From positions 10,912,001 through 10,976,000 of the forward strand of contig CP075492.1 of the NCBI GenBank assembly GCA_021613535.1: a stretch of DNA of 64,000 bases, written 5' to 3'. The position numbers were made by a program, and so were the translations under genes. Each line of letters opens with the position of its first letter. The stretch's first letter is position 1. The notes beneath the pieces are model-generated. The model worked only from the letters and a program-made list of their open reading frames with translations, ran no database searches and was not told the origin of the DNA. Shown here piece after piece: positions 1-12,994 of the stretch. This DNA comes from Adineta vaga. Taxonomy: Eukaryota; Animalia; Rotifera.

Positions 1-1343
1 TTCTAACAGTTGAATATTCATTAGATGCTAGGTAATGAAGAGAAAAAGAAAGATTTTACATGTTCAAAAAGTAATACATACTGATAGTTTTCGAACTAAA
101 TCATACGAATAGAAATCAATCTTTCTATATACGATTATTTATAATAATTAAACTTACTTTGTTGAAGCTAAATGAAAAGAGGAAAAAAGGAAGAAATGAT
201 TATGTTCGCGATAAGATTTCAATTTTTATTGATTTCATACCTTTACGTTTACGACAAAGAAAAAATATTAAAATAGACAATAATCCAAAAAGAATAAGAA
301 GACTGAGAATACACCCAAGAATAATAAGAATTCGTTTTGCTAAAAACAATTCAATAATAATTTCGAATGTTTGCTATCACTAGAAAACAAAACGATAAAA
401 AGCTCACACCAGTTTTTAATTTTCTTCTTCCATTCGCTGCTGATGTCCTTTGAAAATAATCGTTCTCATCACCTTTTATCGGTGGTATATGTCCATTAGG
501 TAAATCAATATCTGGATCCTCTGGCATAGCACCTAAATCGACATAGAAAAAAACGTTCAAATACTTTTGTTGTTTCAAATCCATTCAACTAACCTTTTAC
601 TACAATTACACTGGATAACGTTGAAGACACTTTACCATCAGTAGTCAATTCACATGTTAATGTTTCTTCATTTCTTGAATATATTCGTTTTATTGAAGTA
701 TGTTGATTAGCACAAACAACCCATGAACCATCTAGTTCTTGTTTTTTATGAACATTGATTGGTCTTCGAATATCTCCAATTTGATTCATATTAATATTGA
801 TATTTTTATAACCAATCACAGATGCACAACAATACAGATCGACATTCGTTTGATCAGCAACTTCGAATGTACTTAAAGTATCATCATTTGGATCATCAGT
901 ACGTATACATGATCCAGTTGGTGCATGACATGTATAAGTCCAATAGAATGATTGAACATCTAAAACACATGTTTATAGTTTATCGTTATGTGCAAAAAAT
1001 AATAGGATTTACCAGCGAGAATCAATTGATAGATACGATTCATTGCTGCTGTTGCCCATGTTGCTTTTCGACAACCATAATAACCGTGATTTTCCGCTTG
1101 AACATAATTGGAAGTGACACGTAAAATATTTTCTTTAGTTAAATAATTAAAATTTAATTTTAAAGATACATAATTGTTATCATTTTCTTGTATTTCTGAC
1201 CAATCATCAAGTCGACGAGCATAGAAAACGGAATCATCAAGTTTACAATCGAATGAAAATGATTGTCCAACAGAGGCAATAATTTGCTCAACTTTTGTAC
1301 ATGATGTACCCGAAATGATAAGGATAACAAGCAAATATAACAT
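1..1343 (-). CDS. Type I membrane protein with signal peptide, two Ig-like domains, TM helix and a cytoplasmic tail built from microexons (3' end runs off the window)
   Basis: Signal peptide MLYLLVILIISGTSC. Domain 1 has V-set-like C...W...NHGYYGC. Domain 2 has VDLYCC...LTCEL. TM exon 339-241 reads AKRILIILGCILSLLILFGLLSILIFFLCRKRK. GT-AG exons 167-158 and 95-82 keep the frame (ASTNSKTITSNEYST). Confidence 0.75.
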
Positions 1344-3574
1344 GATCGAATAATAATAATCTACGACAAAAATATCAAAGAATATGTCAATGTTAGAAAA
1401 AGAAACTATTTATAATAATAAAAGAATAAATACACATGTGAATGCATTACATGCTGAAGGACAATTATGATGTTGTGCATAAGACGTAGGGAGAAGAGAA
1501 GAAAGTGAAGTACGTTTTATTTGGTGACTATTGATTTTTTTTGTGTGTATGTATAGAGCAGAAATAGTATGGTTGAAGCATAATTACTTTATGTCGCGTT
1601 TTTATATTTAAATTAAAGTGTATGATTCATTCGTCATTTTTACAAACGTTAGATCAAAGGGAAAAAAGTAAGATTACATGCCATCGAGGAAGACGGTGAG
1701 CAATATTGACGGCTGTGTAGGCGAAAGACCTTTGAAAAAAATAGACTGTTACATTGATGTTTATTGACTTTTTGTCGTTCTTGTTTTTTTTGCTACCGAA
1801 TATGGTAAATGAGAGAGAGAGAGAGGTTTAGAAATGAGTAATCGAAAGAAAAATGGTCCGTAACGTTACGTTTCAAAGACAAAATAGTCTAGGTCTTGCG
1901 AAAAAATCTTTTTTGAAGTAAATAATGTTACTTTTTTTCTGATAATGACAATTATTAATCAGTCCAGTTGAGGAATGTTTCCTCAAAGATTCAACACAGA
2001 AATGAACGTATAATTTAACATCGTTCAATAAAATTCGATCTTGAAAATGACCAATAATCAACATCTGAATCGTAGATGATAGATACTAAGATCTTTTCAA
2101 ATTAACTGACTGATCGATCAAATAACTCGAAAATAAGTTACTCTCGAAAACAAGAAATCAGACTAGTGAATGGCGTTGTAACAGATGTTTGAATAATCAC
2201 ACATATTTCTGACTATGGAAGAAGACTATTGCTTTATCAAGGTATGCAAGGATCTATAAATATTAGTTCAATATTGACACTTGAGATACTCAACAAATTA
2301 GATAATATGACTGAACTGAAATGATGATTAAAAAATAAGAACTATGTGAATTACTACAAACATAGTTTATTATTGTACAAATAGGGAAACCATCAACAGT
2401 TGTAGGATAAGCGCAAAGTTCCCATTTTCAATGCTGAAACTATACGAAAAGATATATATGATCAGTATCAGAAATCTATCGATTATCAATGCAATATATT
2501 GATCCGAACATTGAATAGCTTATTTTGTTTTTGTTATCGACAAAACTTAACGAGTTTTTGAGTAGATCTCTGTATCATTGTTTTCCTTTTAGAACGTACA
2601 AATGAATTTTATATCGGCAACTAAATCACTTAGAAAAGTATAGAAAGTGTCACATTTAACATCAATAACGATCTGGTGAAAACAAATGTATGGTACAACA
2701 ACAGCAGCATTTCTTTTACATCACTAATAATAAATCATACATCAACTCGTGTTCATTTATTCGGTCTCTATTAATCCAAATCGACAAATACAAAATTTTC
2801 AGTCGACCACTTGTAAGGATTAAGATGACAATAAAGTCATGTTATATCTATACTACTGTATATATATGATAATTATCTAAAGATAAAGATTTCACATTGC
2901 GAAATATGATTTGAAATACGAATAATCGGTCGCTTCGACTGCATGCACTTGGAAAATCTTGTTGAAATGTCGTTTATCATCTCAAATTTCTATAAAAATA
3001 TTATTTTTTTTTCTTTTAAGTAGCACGATTAGCATATACTTTGTTAGAATTAAAAGTAAATACCGTAATCAATACGGCACTACTTCAAACATTTTCTTTA
3101 GAATTATATTTTGACATCAATAAACTGAATTAATCCTGTTTAGTAGTCTTTTGATGTCTCTTTCCTGCCATAAGTTCGTTTTTCATTGCGTTTATTGATT
3201 TAAAATTTCGAAAAATCATTCCAAAAAAGAAAAAGTTTATAAACAAGAAGATAGCTGCCTTCACTTGCGGAAAAGAAAGAACAGCTATACTAAAAACACT
3301 TTCAAAGAAAAAATCCAAATAACATGTACATTCAGAAGCACAAGAAAGAAAACGCACACCAATCAATAATTTGATAAACTTTTTCGATGGAATAAAATAA
3401 TGGACGAAACAATATTGACATTCATTGTTGATATAAGTTCTTCACATAGAGACACATAAGAAAAATATATCTGAATTACATTCATTCAAAACGAAAAACT
3501 GAGGAAGAACAAAAAATAGATGTCTTTTTCTTTTCAAATAATATCAGTTTATTAATTTCTCATGGTAGATGTCT

Positions 3575-4814
3575 TTATGAAGAATAATAAGTTGTATCTT
3601 TTCTCTGACGACAACATAAAGCCAGAGTAAAAATAAATGTAATCAACTAGAAACAAAGACAATGAATTATCATTCAAAAACAAAATCGATCTTTTCGAAT
3701 CAAGAATATTTACCTCAATAACAAGGATGATAACAGCCCCGACAATAACCCAAGTCTTTGCAGAATTAAGTAATTCGACCAATTTATTATAACAACCCTA
3801 GAAATAAAGATCATTTTTGAAATAAACTTTTATTCAGATAACTAAGCTCACCGTTTGATAAACATTCGTACCGTATACAGCACAATTAGCAACTTCATTC
3901 AGTTGCTGTACAGGTAAATTATTCCAGTTCGGTTGTACATTACTAAGCGGACAGCATGTTAATGGAAAACGAAACTTCGAAGATTCCATTGATACCGCCC
4001 ATGGATTTGTATTATTCCACTGAGATGCACCATCAAAATCAGTATTGCTTTCCACCCCACAACATTGAAACTAAAATTGAATCAAATAGAGAAAGAAATT
4101 TCATTGAGCAAAACTATCGGTCTCATACGTTATACATAATAAAATCCCATGCTAATGAATACGGTGTTGGTTTAGGTCCATTGCCTTCTAATCCTAATGG
4201 TCCTTGATAATTATCTTTTACTGATTGTTTTAATTTTGGTACAAAATTATCTTTAAAATTTGTTTGAAAAACAACGAAATAGATTGTAATTGCGATTTCA
4301 AAGATGATAATCAATCCAATAACAATTGCATACTAAACATATACGTAAAGAAAATGAATACATCGATCGATTGAAAAATATCATCCACTTTCACTTACAC
4401 ATGTGAGAAATAACTTCACTTGTTTCATTGCACCACAACATCCGAGAAATCCAATAATTAAGAGAATTGAACCCAAAACAATGATAACAATAGCCATCAT
4501 TTCAAGATATGATAAACCTCGTTCTATTCCGGGATCTAAAACAAAAATGGACTTACAACAAACCTTCATTCTCATAAGAGAAACATACTTGAATTAAGAG
4601 GAAAAATTTCTTTCAATTTTTGAAATCGAGGATCAACCATTACGTATATACCCAATGCAAGAAGTACAGCACCAATTAACTAAATAAACATACATTTTCA
4701 ATTGAAAAAAAACGACTATATATCTACGCAATTACTTACAAAGAAGACAATATTGAACAATACCATTATACAACGTATTGTTTTCATTCCACAACTCATA
4801 CCTCCGTGACCCAT
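3575..4814 (-). CDS. Tetraspanin
   Basis: Spliced model starts MGHGGMSCGMKTIRCIMVLFNIVFF. It has four TM segments, GFLGCCGA after TM2, and a large extracellular loop with FQCCG, PLTCC and GC. It ends LCCRQRKDTTYYSS* (TAA at 3577-3575). Confidence 0.92.
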
Positions 4815-6914
4815 TTTCAATAATTCGATTTAAATGATCTACAATGAAAAAGTTGTCTTCTATATAGTAGTTATCTTCAGAAGCATTTTGTATATATATA
4901 TATATAGGAATGTATATATATACATATGAATCATTATGAGAAGAATCACACGCATCTGTTCTTATATTTCTATTGAAAAAAGGGCATCATTTTTCTTTAA
5001 TAAAGGCATGAAACAGAAAAGAATAAAAAATCGAATCACTCTCTGTCTCTCTGTCTCTCTCTCTTTTTCTCGTCGGTACTATTCTTTCAGATTCAAATGT
5101 ATACATACCAACAGATGAGACTCTCGGCAGTAAAAAAAGGCGAGAAAATGAAGAAGAATCACATTGTTAAATATATTTCAATAGAATGTAATTTAGAACA
5201 GCAGAATAGTTGGTATTGGTCTCGTTCTTTTTTTATGGCGAAGGAATAAATAGTAAAGTGTGATACAGTAAACGACTGAATGATTATAATGATTTTATAA
5301 CAAAGGTATACACTGAGAGAAAATGATGAAATAAAGAAAATACAACTTACATTTTAATAACCTGCGTACTTTTTTTCTCGAATATTGTAGTATGGATTAT
5401 TATTTCATATGCGATATTACTCATAGAAAAAGAGAGAACGGACATCACAACGATATATTTTACCTACGCAAAGCAATAAAATCAGTTAACTTACATGGTA
5501 ACGATGTGAAAAAAAAGACCCTTCGCTTCTTTTATCAATAGAGTCAAAGACAACAACGCTATCATCTTACAAGTGACTTGCGTATATGTAATGCATATAT
5601 ATATATATATATTTAAAAATATTATTCTAAAGATGATTTCTCTATGGCACAATATTAGTCAAATCTTTATTCTTCTTCTTTTCACCTTCTGACAAGTGGA
5701 CAATTGAGACATGTTCACATATTCTTGCAAGTTGAATATTCACATAAAAAGTACTGCCTACTGAACGTATGTTATACTACAACTCGTACGCTGCGCTTTT
5801 CTGATGATGATAAAAAGTGGTGACGTGTTTTTGATCATGTGTTTGTATATCTGTTGTAGGTCAAAAGAAAGCACAACATTGAAAGGAAATGAAAAACGTA
5901 GTAAAGAAGATGAAGACAATCAACCGTTTGTAAATAGCATAACTCACCCTTACTATACAGATTTGACATTTTTCTATATACGTAGTCGATTTCTTTTCGA
6001 TATCGAAAAAAAAAGAAGAAGACGACGAATTGAAAAAATGTGAACAGTTATTCTTTCAGAAGAATGTTTCCCTGTTTTTCTTCATCAATGGCTAACGTGT
6101 TAATCATTATTTTGATGTTTATACTACGAAAAAAACAATGCAAGAAAGTTGAATAGAAGGGAGAGAGAACGCCTACTTTTTCTTTCTTTATACCCTATGG
6201 AAGAGGTTAGAACCAAGCGAACTATCAAAATTCAATGAACGAGGACAACTTTCTTTTCTCTCTGTCTCTCTGTCTCTCTGTTTCCTTTCTTTCTTTCTTT
6301 CTCTCATGATCGATAGAATAATGTAAGAAGTGTTTATTCTTTGTACATACATCTTTGTTCAGGTCATTCATTACAAGCTGAATAATCATGACCATGATCA
6401 TGATCATCACCATCTTCAAAAGAAAAAAAAGAAACTGAAGAAATCTACACTCACACATGTTACTCGAGCATAAATTATCCTTGCAAAGTTTCGTTTAGAG
6501 ATGATTAAAATTTTATTCTGAATGAACAAGTGTAAGTAGAAAAGAAAAAGAAGAAGGCGGGTAAAGAGAAGAAAAAAAGGGCGAGGGATAGAGAAAGAGC
6601 GTAGGTGATGTTATTCCATTAAACTTTAATGCATATGTATATTTTACAAGAACGATGATGACAAATGCACAGTTCATCATCTGGGATTGATCGAATGTGT
6701 TACATCATTGATGTAAATTATTCTAGACTTGCACCATTTCTAATACAATAAGTGAATATATGAAAAGTAGTCGAGAAAAAAAATCATTTTTAGTCAATTT
6801 GACATATTACATACCGTAAACCTTCGTTTATTTGACAGAAAAAAAATACATGTGAACTTGTGATTTGTACGTGTGAGTGGGATTAGCATCAAAGCCAAAT
6901 CAAGCTAGAGAAAA

Positions 6915-6935
6915 GAAGAAGAAGAAGAAGAAAAA

Positions 6936-6970
<35 letters not shown>
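6915..6970. repeat. Compound microsatellite (GAA)n followed by (GAT)n
   Basis: Directly visible tandem trinucleotide runs. Confidence 0.9.
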
Positions 6971-7434
6971 GAATGAGGAGGAAGAAAAGATTTATTCATT
7001 ATGTTTTTGTCATTTGGACATAGAGAAAAGACAAATAGATTTAAAGCACAAACATTCATTATTATTTGATACAATTGCAAAGCTATCAATGGCTAATTCA
7101 AGGTTATTCTCTTTGTCCATGATGAAAGATCTGTTTGTAAGAAAGAAGAGAAAATTAATTTCTATCGACATTTATGAATAAATTTAATGAGATTTCAATG
7201 ATCAATATCACAAGACGAGAATAACAAGGTATTCGTGTAATTTATATTACTCTTGCTCTTTGTTTGTCTCATGAGATTTTTGTGCTTAATTCATACTCGT
7301 AGAAATAGCAAGACAAAACACTTCTGAATTACGAAAAAAAAGGGAAAAAAAATAATATAGTGGAAGTGGTTTTTACTTCTCATAACATCGATCAGACTCG
7401 TTTTTCTTGAGAATCAGGTGCGTTTAATTTGCAT

Positions 7435-8907
7435 ATGGGTACTACTGTATCAAAAACTCGTGCTGGAAAACATAATAGTTGGCTTTTACAGACATTAGAA
7501 AATCATGAAAGTGGAATCAATTGCATGGCATTAAGTGATGATAGTAGTGTACTTGCGACCGGTTCTGATGATAATACTATACGTTTATGGAGTACAAAAA
7601 CAGAATCTGTGGAATATCTTAGCGTACTTGCTGGTCATGCTGACTATATTACACATATTCTTATATTAAATAATTATTTAATGAGTGCAAGTGCTGATCA
7701 AACCATTCGAAAATGGGATATGTTAAGTGGACGATGTTTATTTATTTGTACTGGTCATACATCAATAGTGAATCGAATTGCTTGTACTGGTAATTGCCAA
7801 AAAAAAACTAAGACTTCTTGAACCAAATGGAAACATACTATTTTCTTTATGTAGATGATTATATTTTCTCAACATCGTATGATAAAACAGCACGTTGTTG
7901 GGATTTTCATACTGGTAATTGTATTCGGACATTTCGTGGTCATCATCATGGTCTACTTCCATTATTATTCATTCCAGCAAATCATGATGCTGAAGAAGAA
8001 AATACATTTGAAGAAGAAATGAATATATATACGAAAGATATTCTTATTACTGGTTCTCAAGATCTAACAGCTAAAACATGGTCATTAAAATCGAGTGATT
8101 GTTTGAAAACATTTGAAGGTCATATTGGTGCCGTACTTTGTTTAGCAACAGATGTGCAAGGAAAAATTCTTTTTACTGGATCAGGTGATAATACAATACG
8201 AGTTTGGGATATCTATCGAGGAAATGAATTACGTATTTATGATCTTCATCAAGCGCCGATCATTAATCTTCTTGTAAAAATAAGAATACAAAGTTTTTGT
8301 TTTTCATATCAATTAAAATACAATGTGGCTCTGTTTCTCATTCTTTAGATTGCTAATAAATTATTGTATTCAATCAGTGCTGATCATACTGTTCGTTGTT
8401 GGATTATTGATGTTGGTGATTGTATACGAATATACCGAGGACATCATCATTCAGTATCATGTATTGAAATTGTAAATGATCTAGGTAAGATGATTAGATT
8501 GAATGTTCTTTGAACAAATTGTATTTATTTGATCTAGTTTTTACTGGTTGTGGTGATGCTATTGTACGTTGTTTTGAAGCACGTTCAGGTGTAATTAAAC
8601 GTTCATTTAAATCGCATGCTTTGGCGATTAATTGTATACAGGTTAGTTGAATAGAAATTCGTATTTCTTCGCATTGAAATTCGAATGATTTTGCTTTTTT
8701 TAGATCGTTGACGATCGATTATTTAGTGGATCAGTAGATGGCTCGTTGAAAATTTGGGATATAAGTGATCTGAGAACTGTTACTCCTTCCGATCCCAAAT
8801 CGAAACTTCCAAATAACGTTCGAGATAAATCAGAAAAGCAAACTCATACCGATTCAGGTATCGACGATCATGAATATCGTGAACGTCGAGTACAAAATAT
8901 GGTGTAA
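7435..8907 (+). CDS. WDR86: WD repeat-containing protein 86
   Basis: About 8 WD40 repeats over 5 exons. GHTSIVNRI, FSTSYDKTARCWD, GHIGAVLCL and SADHTVRCW match the remembered WDR86 sequence. N-terminus MGTTVS is a possible myristoylation site. Confidence 0.85.
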
Positions 8908-9000
8908 AAACAAACAATTCTAGTCATATTATTCTTCTGTGCAAAATTTCAAAATAAATATCATTCGAACATATACAAAAACTATCCTATGTTTTGTTTT

Positions 9001-9824
9001 CTACACATATGTAACAGAACCACGAATACAAAGAGGTCTTCGTGATTGATCGGTAATCCAAAAACATCGATTGGAATTGGTTGGTACTTGAGAAGTCGAA
9101 GATATACCGTTTAGTGATACAGGATGAGCAGTAATTGGAAGACTTGTACGAGGATGATGAATGACAAGTGTTTCGATGAAATCATCATACGAAGGTGGTG
9201 ATAATGATGATGATGATGGATCATTACCATTTGTATGTAGATCGGGTTGAGATGGAAATAGTTCTTTATAAGTAGGTAAATCAGTATTGATATTTCGAAT
9301 ACATCTATCAAGAAGAAATTCTATTTAACATTTCAAACACGTTCAAACATGACTTACCCGGAATTTTCACTATTATTCAATGCAATTGCTAAATCATAAG
9401 CTTGTTGTCGTTCACGTAATCTCTAAAATAGTCATAGTAAAAAAAATCATCTTGACAAGTTTCTAATTTTTACTTGTATCAAGCGACGTCGTGTATCTAA
9501 AATAATATAATATCGCCTTAATTTTTGACATGTACGTATAAATGAAATAATCGCAATCGTTAATAGAATCGCAGCAATAATATTCGATCCTTCTTTTTGA
9601 TTCGAAGCATTATCAATAGATAATTGAAATAGAAAAAGTGCAATAGTCAATAGAAAAAGTGAACAGATAAAACGACAGAGCATATTCGATATAAATCGAC
9701 ATCGATTCATTCGAATATTAGCTTCACTATTATTTTGTCCATTTGTTATTGCTGGTGGACGTGTACGAGAATTTGAATGGATACTTTGTCCATGTTGACG
9801 ATAATATGGCATAAAAATGACCAT
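9001..9824 (-). CDS. Uncharacterised two-TM protein with PY motifs and a C-terminal PDZ-binding motif
   Basis: Three exons. Two hydrophobic helices in exon 1. The last exon reads CIRNINTDLPTYKELF...LSPPSYDDFI...RGSVTYV* (TAG at 9003-9001). Confidence 0.7.
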
Positions 9825-10368
9825 AATTGACCTTTAAGGTTCTTTTTTTTATTAATCAAATGATTTGTTCACAGTTGATTGTCGACAAGAGTCAATGTTA
9901 TTTGTTCCTGAACGCTTTTTTTTCTTCTTTTCCTGATAGAAGAGAACGAAAGAAATAGAATAGAAGTAGGGAAAAAATGGATGATGAGAGGTTACAAAAC
10001 AACATTTCTTTCCAGATGTGATGCTGTTTTTCACGAACAATATTCTCTACAATACAGAAGGATTGAAGAAATGATGTCATGCGACAATGCTAGCGAAGAC
10101 TAAATAGATAGGAAAGAGAAAAGAAGAAGGAAAGATCGACATTCACTATCGAGATGTCAGAATAGAATGGAGAACATGCTAGCTAATTTTTAGTGTTTGT
10201 TGAGATAAAGAATCGATCAACCAGATGACGCCAAGAGAAATAATAATGATATCCAAACATAATTATTCTCGAAAGCAGATAATAGACTTCTTTGAGAAAA
10301 AGAGCACGATCGGCTTATTTTTGAATTTACACATCATGTTCAATATTAATTAACTAAATTACTCATGT

Positions 10369-10382
10369 GTTACCATAGAAAA
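10369..10382. promoter_or_regulatory. X-box-like (RFX) site GTTACCATAGAAAA
   Basis: One mismatch to the GTHNYY-AT-RRNAAC consensus; lies ~900 bp upstream of CFAP144. Confidence 0.35.
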
Positions 10383-11178
10383 TATATTGGATATTGTTGT
10401 TTTTCTTCCTCTCAACTATGATCACATTATTCCTCATCGATCTCATTGAGTGCAATATTTTGTTTTTGTGAAAGCTTGTTCTCTTTCCAGTTCATTCGAT
10501 AAAGAAGATTAGTTACATATCACGATCAATCATTATAAAATAAAAGCAAAAAAATATTCATATGTATTGCTTAGTTTGCAACTTGTTTTTTAACTTTCTG
10601 GATCTTTACTGATAAGGAAAAAGAATTAATCATTTCCATAACCTTTATTCATACTTTAATATATTCTCGAGCATTTTCCGAAGGACATCGTATTCCCTCG
10701 ATAAATCAATATATAAAATCGATTGTAGAGACAAAAACACACATTCATTATAAAACCTTAGTTTCGAAGCGGAAATTCTTCTTTTTTTAAAGTATTGATG
10801 AAAAGTAGAACAACAATGTCACCATATCCTTGTAAAGATCGAATAGTGACTGATCTCTCTCGAGAAAGAAGATCGGAATATCCAAAAAATATCAAAGAAA
10901 TAAACGGCTTGTTCACATAAATAAATTCCTAATCTTTATCGATATAAAAAAAAAGAGTTGAATATGATAATAGTAAGATATAATATCGAGGATACTAGTT
11001 ATTTATTCTCGTAATTTGATGACAAATTTATTTTAAACTAAAAGCAAACATACTGATTCGGTTGTTGTTATGAATTATTCATGCGTTTTGAATATTATTA
11101 AGTTCATTTTAATAGATGAAAATGAAGTCAGTATGTATGTGTCTCTCTCTATCGTTTTTATTCTTTCAATGAGAGGTT

Positions 11179-11191
11179 GTTACATAGAAAC
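11179..11191. promoter_or_regulatory. X-box (RFX) site GTTACATAGAAAC upstream of CFAP144
   Basis: 13-bp X-box-like element ~90-100 bp upstream of the ATG of a ciliary gene, the usual position for RFX targets. Confidence 0.55.
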
Positions 11192-11278
11192 ACTCATGTC
11201 ATAGGAAAGATAAAAGCAACACAGACATTACCTGTTATATTTGTTTGATTATTTTGAAAAATTTCATTGTTGATCTCA

Positions 11279-11953
11279 ATGGTATAACTCTAAATAGATA
11301 TTTGCTCTTTGATTAATAATTATTGTGTATTTTTAAGGCTGAAACCGGCACAAAAGATGCTAAGAAAGGTCGTGAACCGAAAAATCAAGTTCATCAAGAA
11401 GCAATTCTTGTTGAAACAATACGAAAAGAAATGGCTAATCAAAAACTTTACACAAATTATTCCGTTAATCCTTTCAAAAAAAGTAATTTATTTGAAGTAA
11501 AGAAAGAACTTGATTGAATTTTTATACTTATCATTTTAGCTGACGCATTAACACCAAAACCCAATGTCTATCCAGACGAAAGTGCTGGCGAAGATTGTAA
11601 GACAAATAAATGAAGTTCAATTCTAAAATTTGATTTCTTTTGAATTTTTAGCATCATTTATTGATATTATACATAGAGCAAATCTTGAACCAGAAAAGAA
11701 ATATCGTGAACCACAGACAACAAGTCAAGAAATTGGCTGGTTTCATGAACCATTAGTATGTTTAATTTGCTACTTATTTTTTCGATCATTTCCATATTTA
11801 TTCTAGTTAAAATCGAATCGTGCTGATCCACGTCTCAATTTTCCTATGATTCGATCAGAAATATCTGCTTATGCTGAAGAATATTTCAAATTTAAACCAA
11901 AAAAATATGACAAAAGTCTTCGACAACCTGGCGAAGAAACCAAATCGAAATAA
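11279..11953 (+). CDS. CFAP144: Cilia- and flagella-associated protein 144 (FAM183 family)
   Basis: First coding exon is ATG only (11279-11281, then gtataa...ttttaag). Spliced protein has VHQEAILVETIRKE, YSVNPF, EPEKKYREPQTTSQEIGW and DPRLNFP, all FAM183 hallmarks. Confidence 0.85.
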
Positions 11954-12041
11954 ACAAATCTGTATTTTTTTTCTCTTTCTATTGACAATGTACAACACAA
12001 GAGAAAAACAAAGAATATATATATATATCTATTTTCTAGTT

Positions 12042-12664
12042 TTAAGTTTGATACATTCGATCATTAAAATTATTATTATGTTGATGACGAGATTGTTGAG
12101 AATAATATGAATTATCATCACGTAAATATTTTAAAGGAACTGGATAAGTAATCATATCATTTTGAATAAAAGCTATATGACTATTTGATTTGACAGTAAT
12201 CATATCATGTGGTAATGTAAAATTTCGATGTGAATCTCCTAACTGTTGCATTTCCCATCTTGATCGTTTCTTATTTCTATCGGGTGATACATCACGATTT
12301 CGTTCATGTGATGCAGCGGCAGCTGCCGCCAATTGTTGTTGATGTCGTTCATGACTTTCTATTGAAGCATGTTTAACATCAATTTCTTTTCCATCGATAA
12401 TATGTGGCCGTGATTCGACAACATGATCAGCAATTTGTGGAGTTGTAAATTGAACAAAACCAAAACAACGTGAAAGTTTCGTGGCAGAATTTTTAATTAC
12501 AATACAATCAGTTAATTCACCAAATTGTTCAAAATATTGTCGAAGATGTTCTGTTGTAGTTGATCGTGTTAAACCTCTTCAATAATAATCGAATTATAAA
12601 GAAATAAGAATACTAGTCATCTTTACCCAACAAACAATTTACATGGATCATCATCTCTATCCAT
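12042..12664 (-). CDS. Single-RRM RNA-binding protein (hnRNP A/B, Musashi-like RRM)
   Basis: MDRDDDPCKLFVG|GLTRSTTTEHLRQYFEQFGELTDCIV...SRCFGFVQF...RPHIIDGKEIDVKHA contains RNP2 and RNP1. One intron; low-complexity C-terminus. Confidence 0.85.
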
Positions 12665-12994
12665 GAGAGCTTTTGTTTATATATATGAAAAACAAAGATC
12701 TAAAATAAAAATCATTTTCTATCTTCAATATCTGTATATATTTTCTTGCAGAAAAACAACAACTAACATATCTGAGATTTTCACCTGGTTTCATATGATT
12801 AACAAAAAAAGAAAAGGAAAATAAACGCACAAAACCTTACTACAAATATCTGATCTTCTAGATGTATATCCATGAAATTGATGATTATATACAGCCAAAA
12901 GAAAAAACAAAAGAAAGATTTAGAAAAACAAAAACAAAAAGAACTTAAGAAATGGAAGTTTAGAAGAAATCTATCACTGGTATGTATCAGTATT

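Noticed and set aside
1400-3500. 2 kb intergenic stretch with short ORFs, considered as a transposon remnant
   Set aside because: No terminal repeats, target-site duplication or transposase/RT motifs seen.
6889-7089. Poly-His/poly-Leu ORF
   Set aside because: Artefact of (GAT)n/(GAA)n microsatellites.
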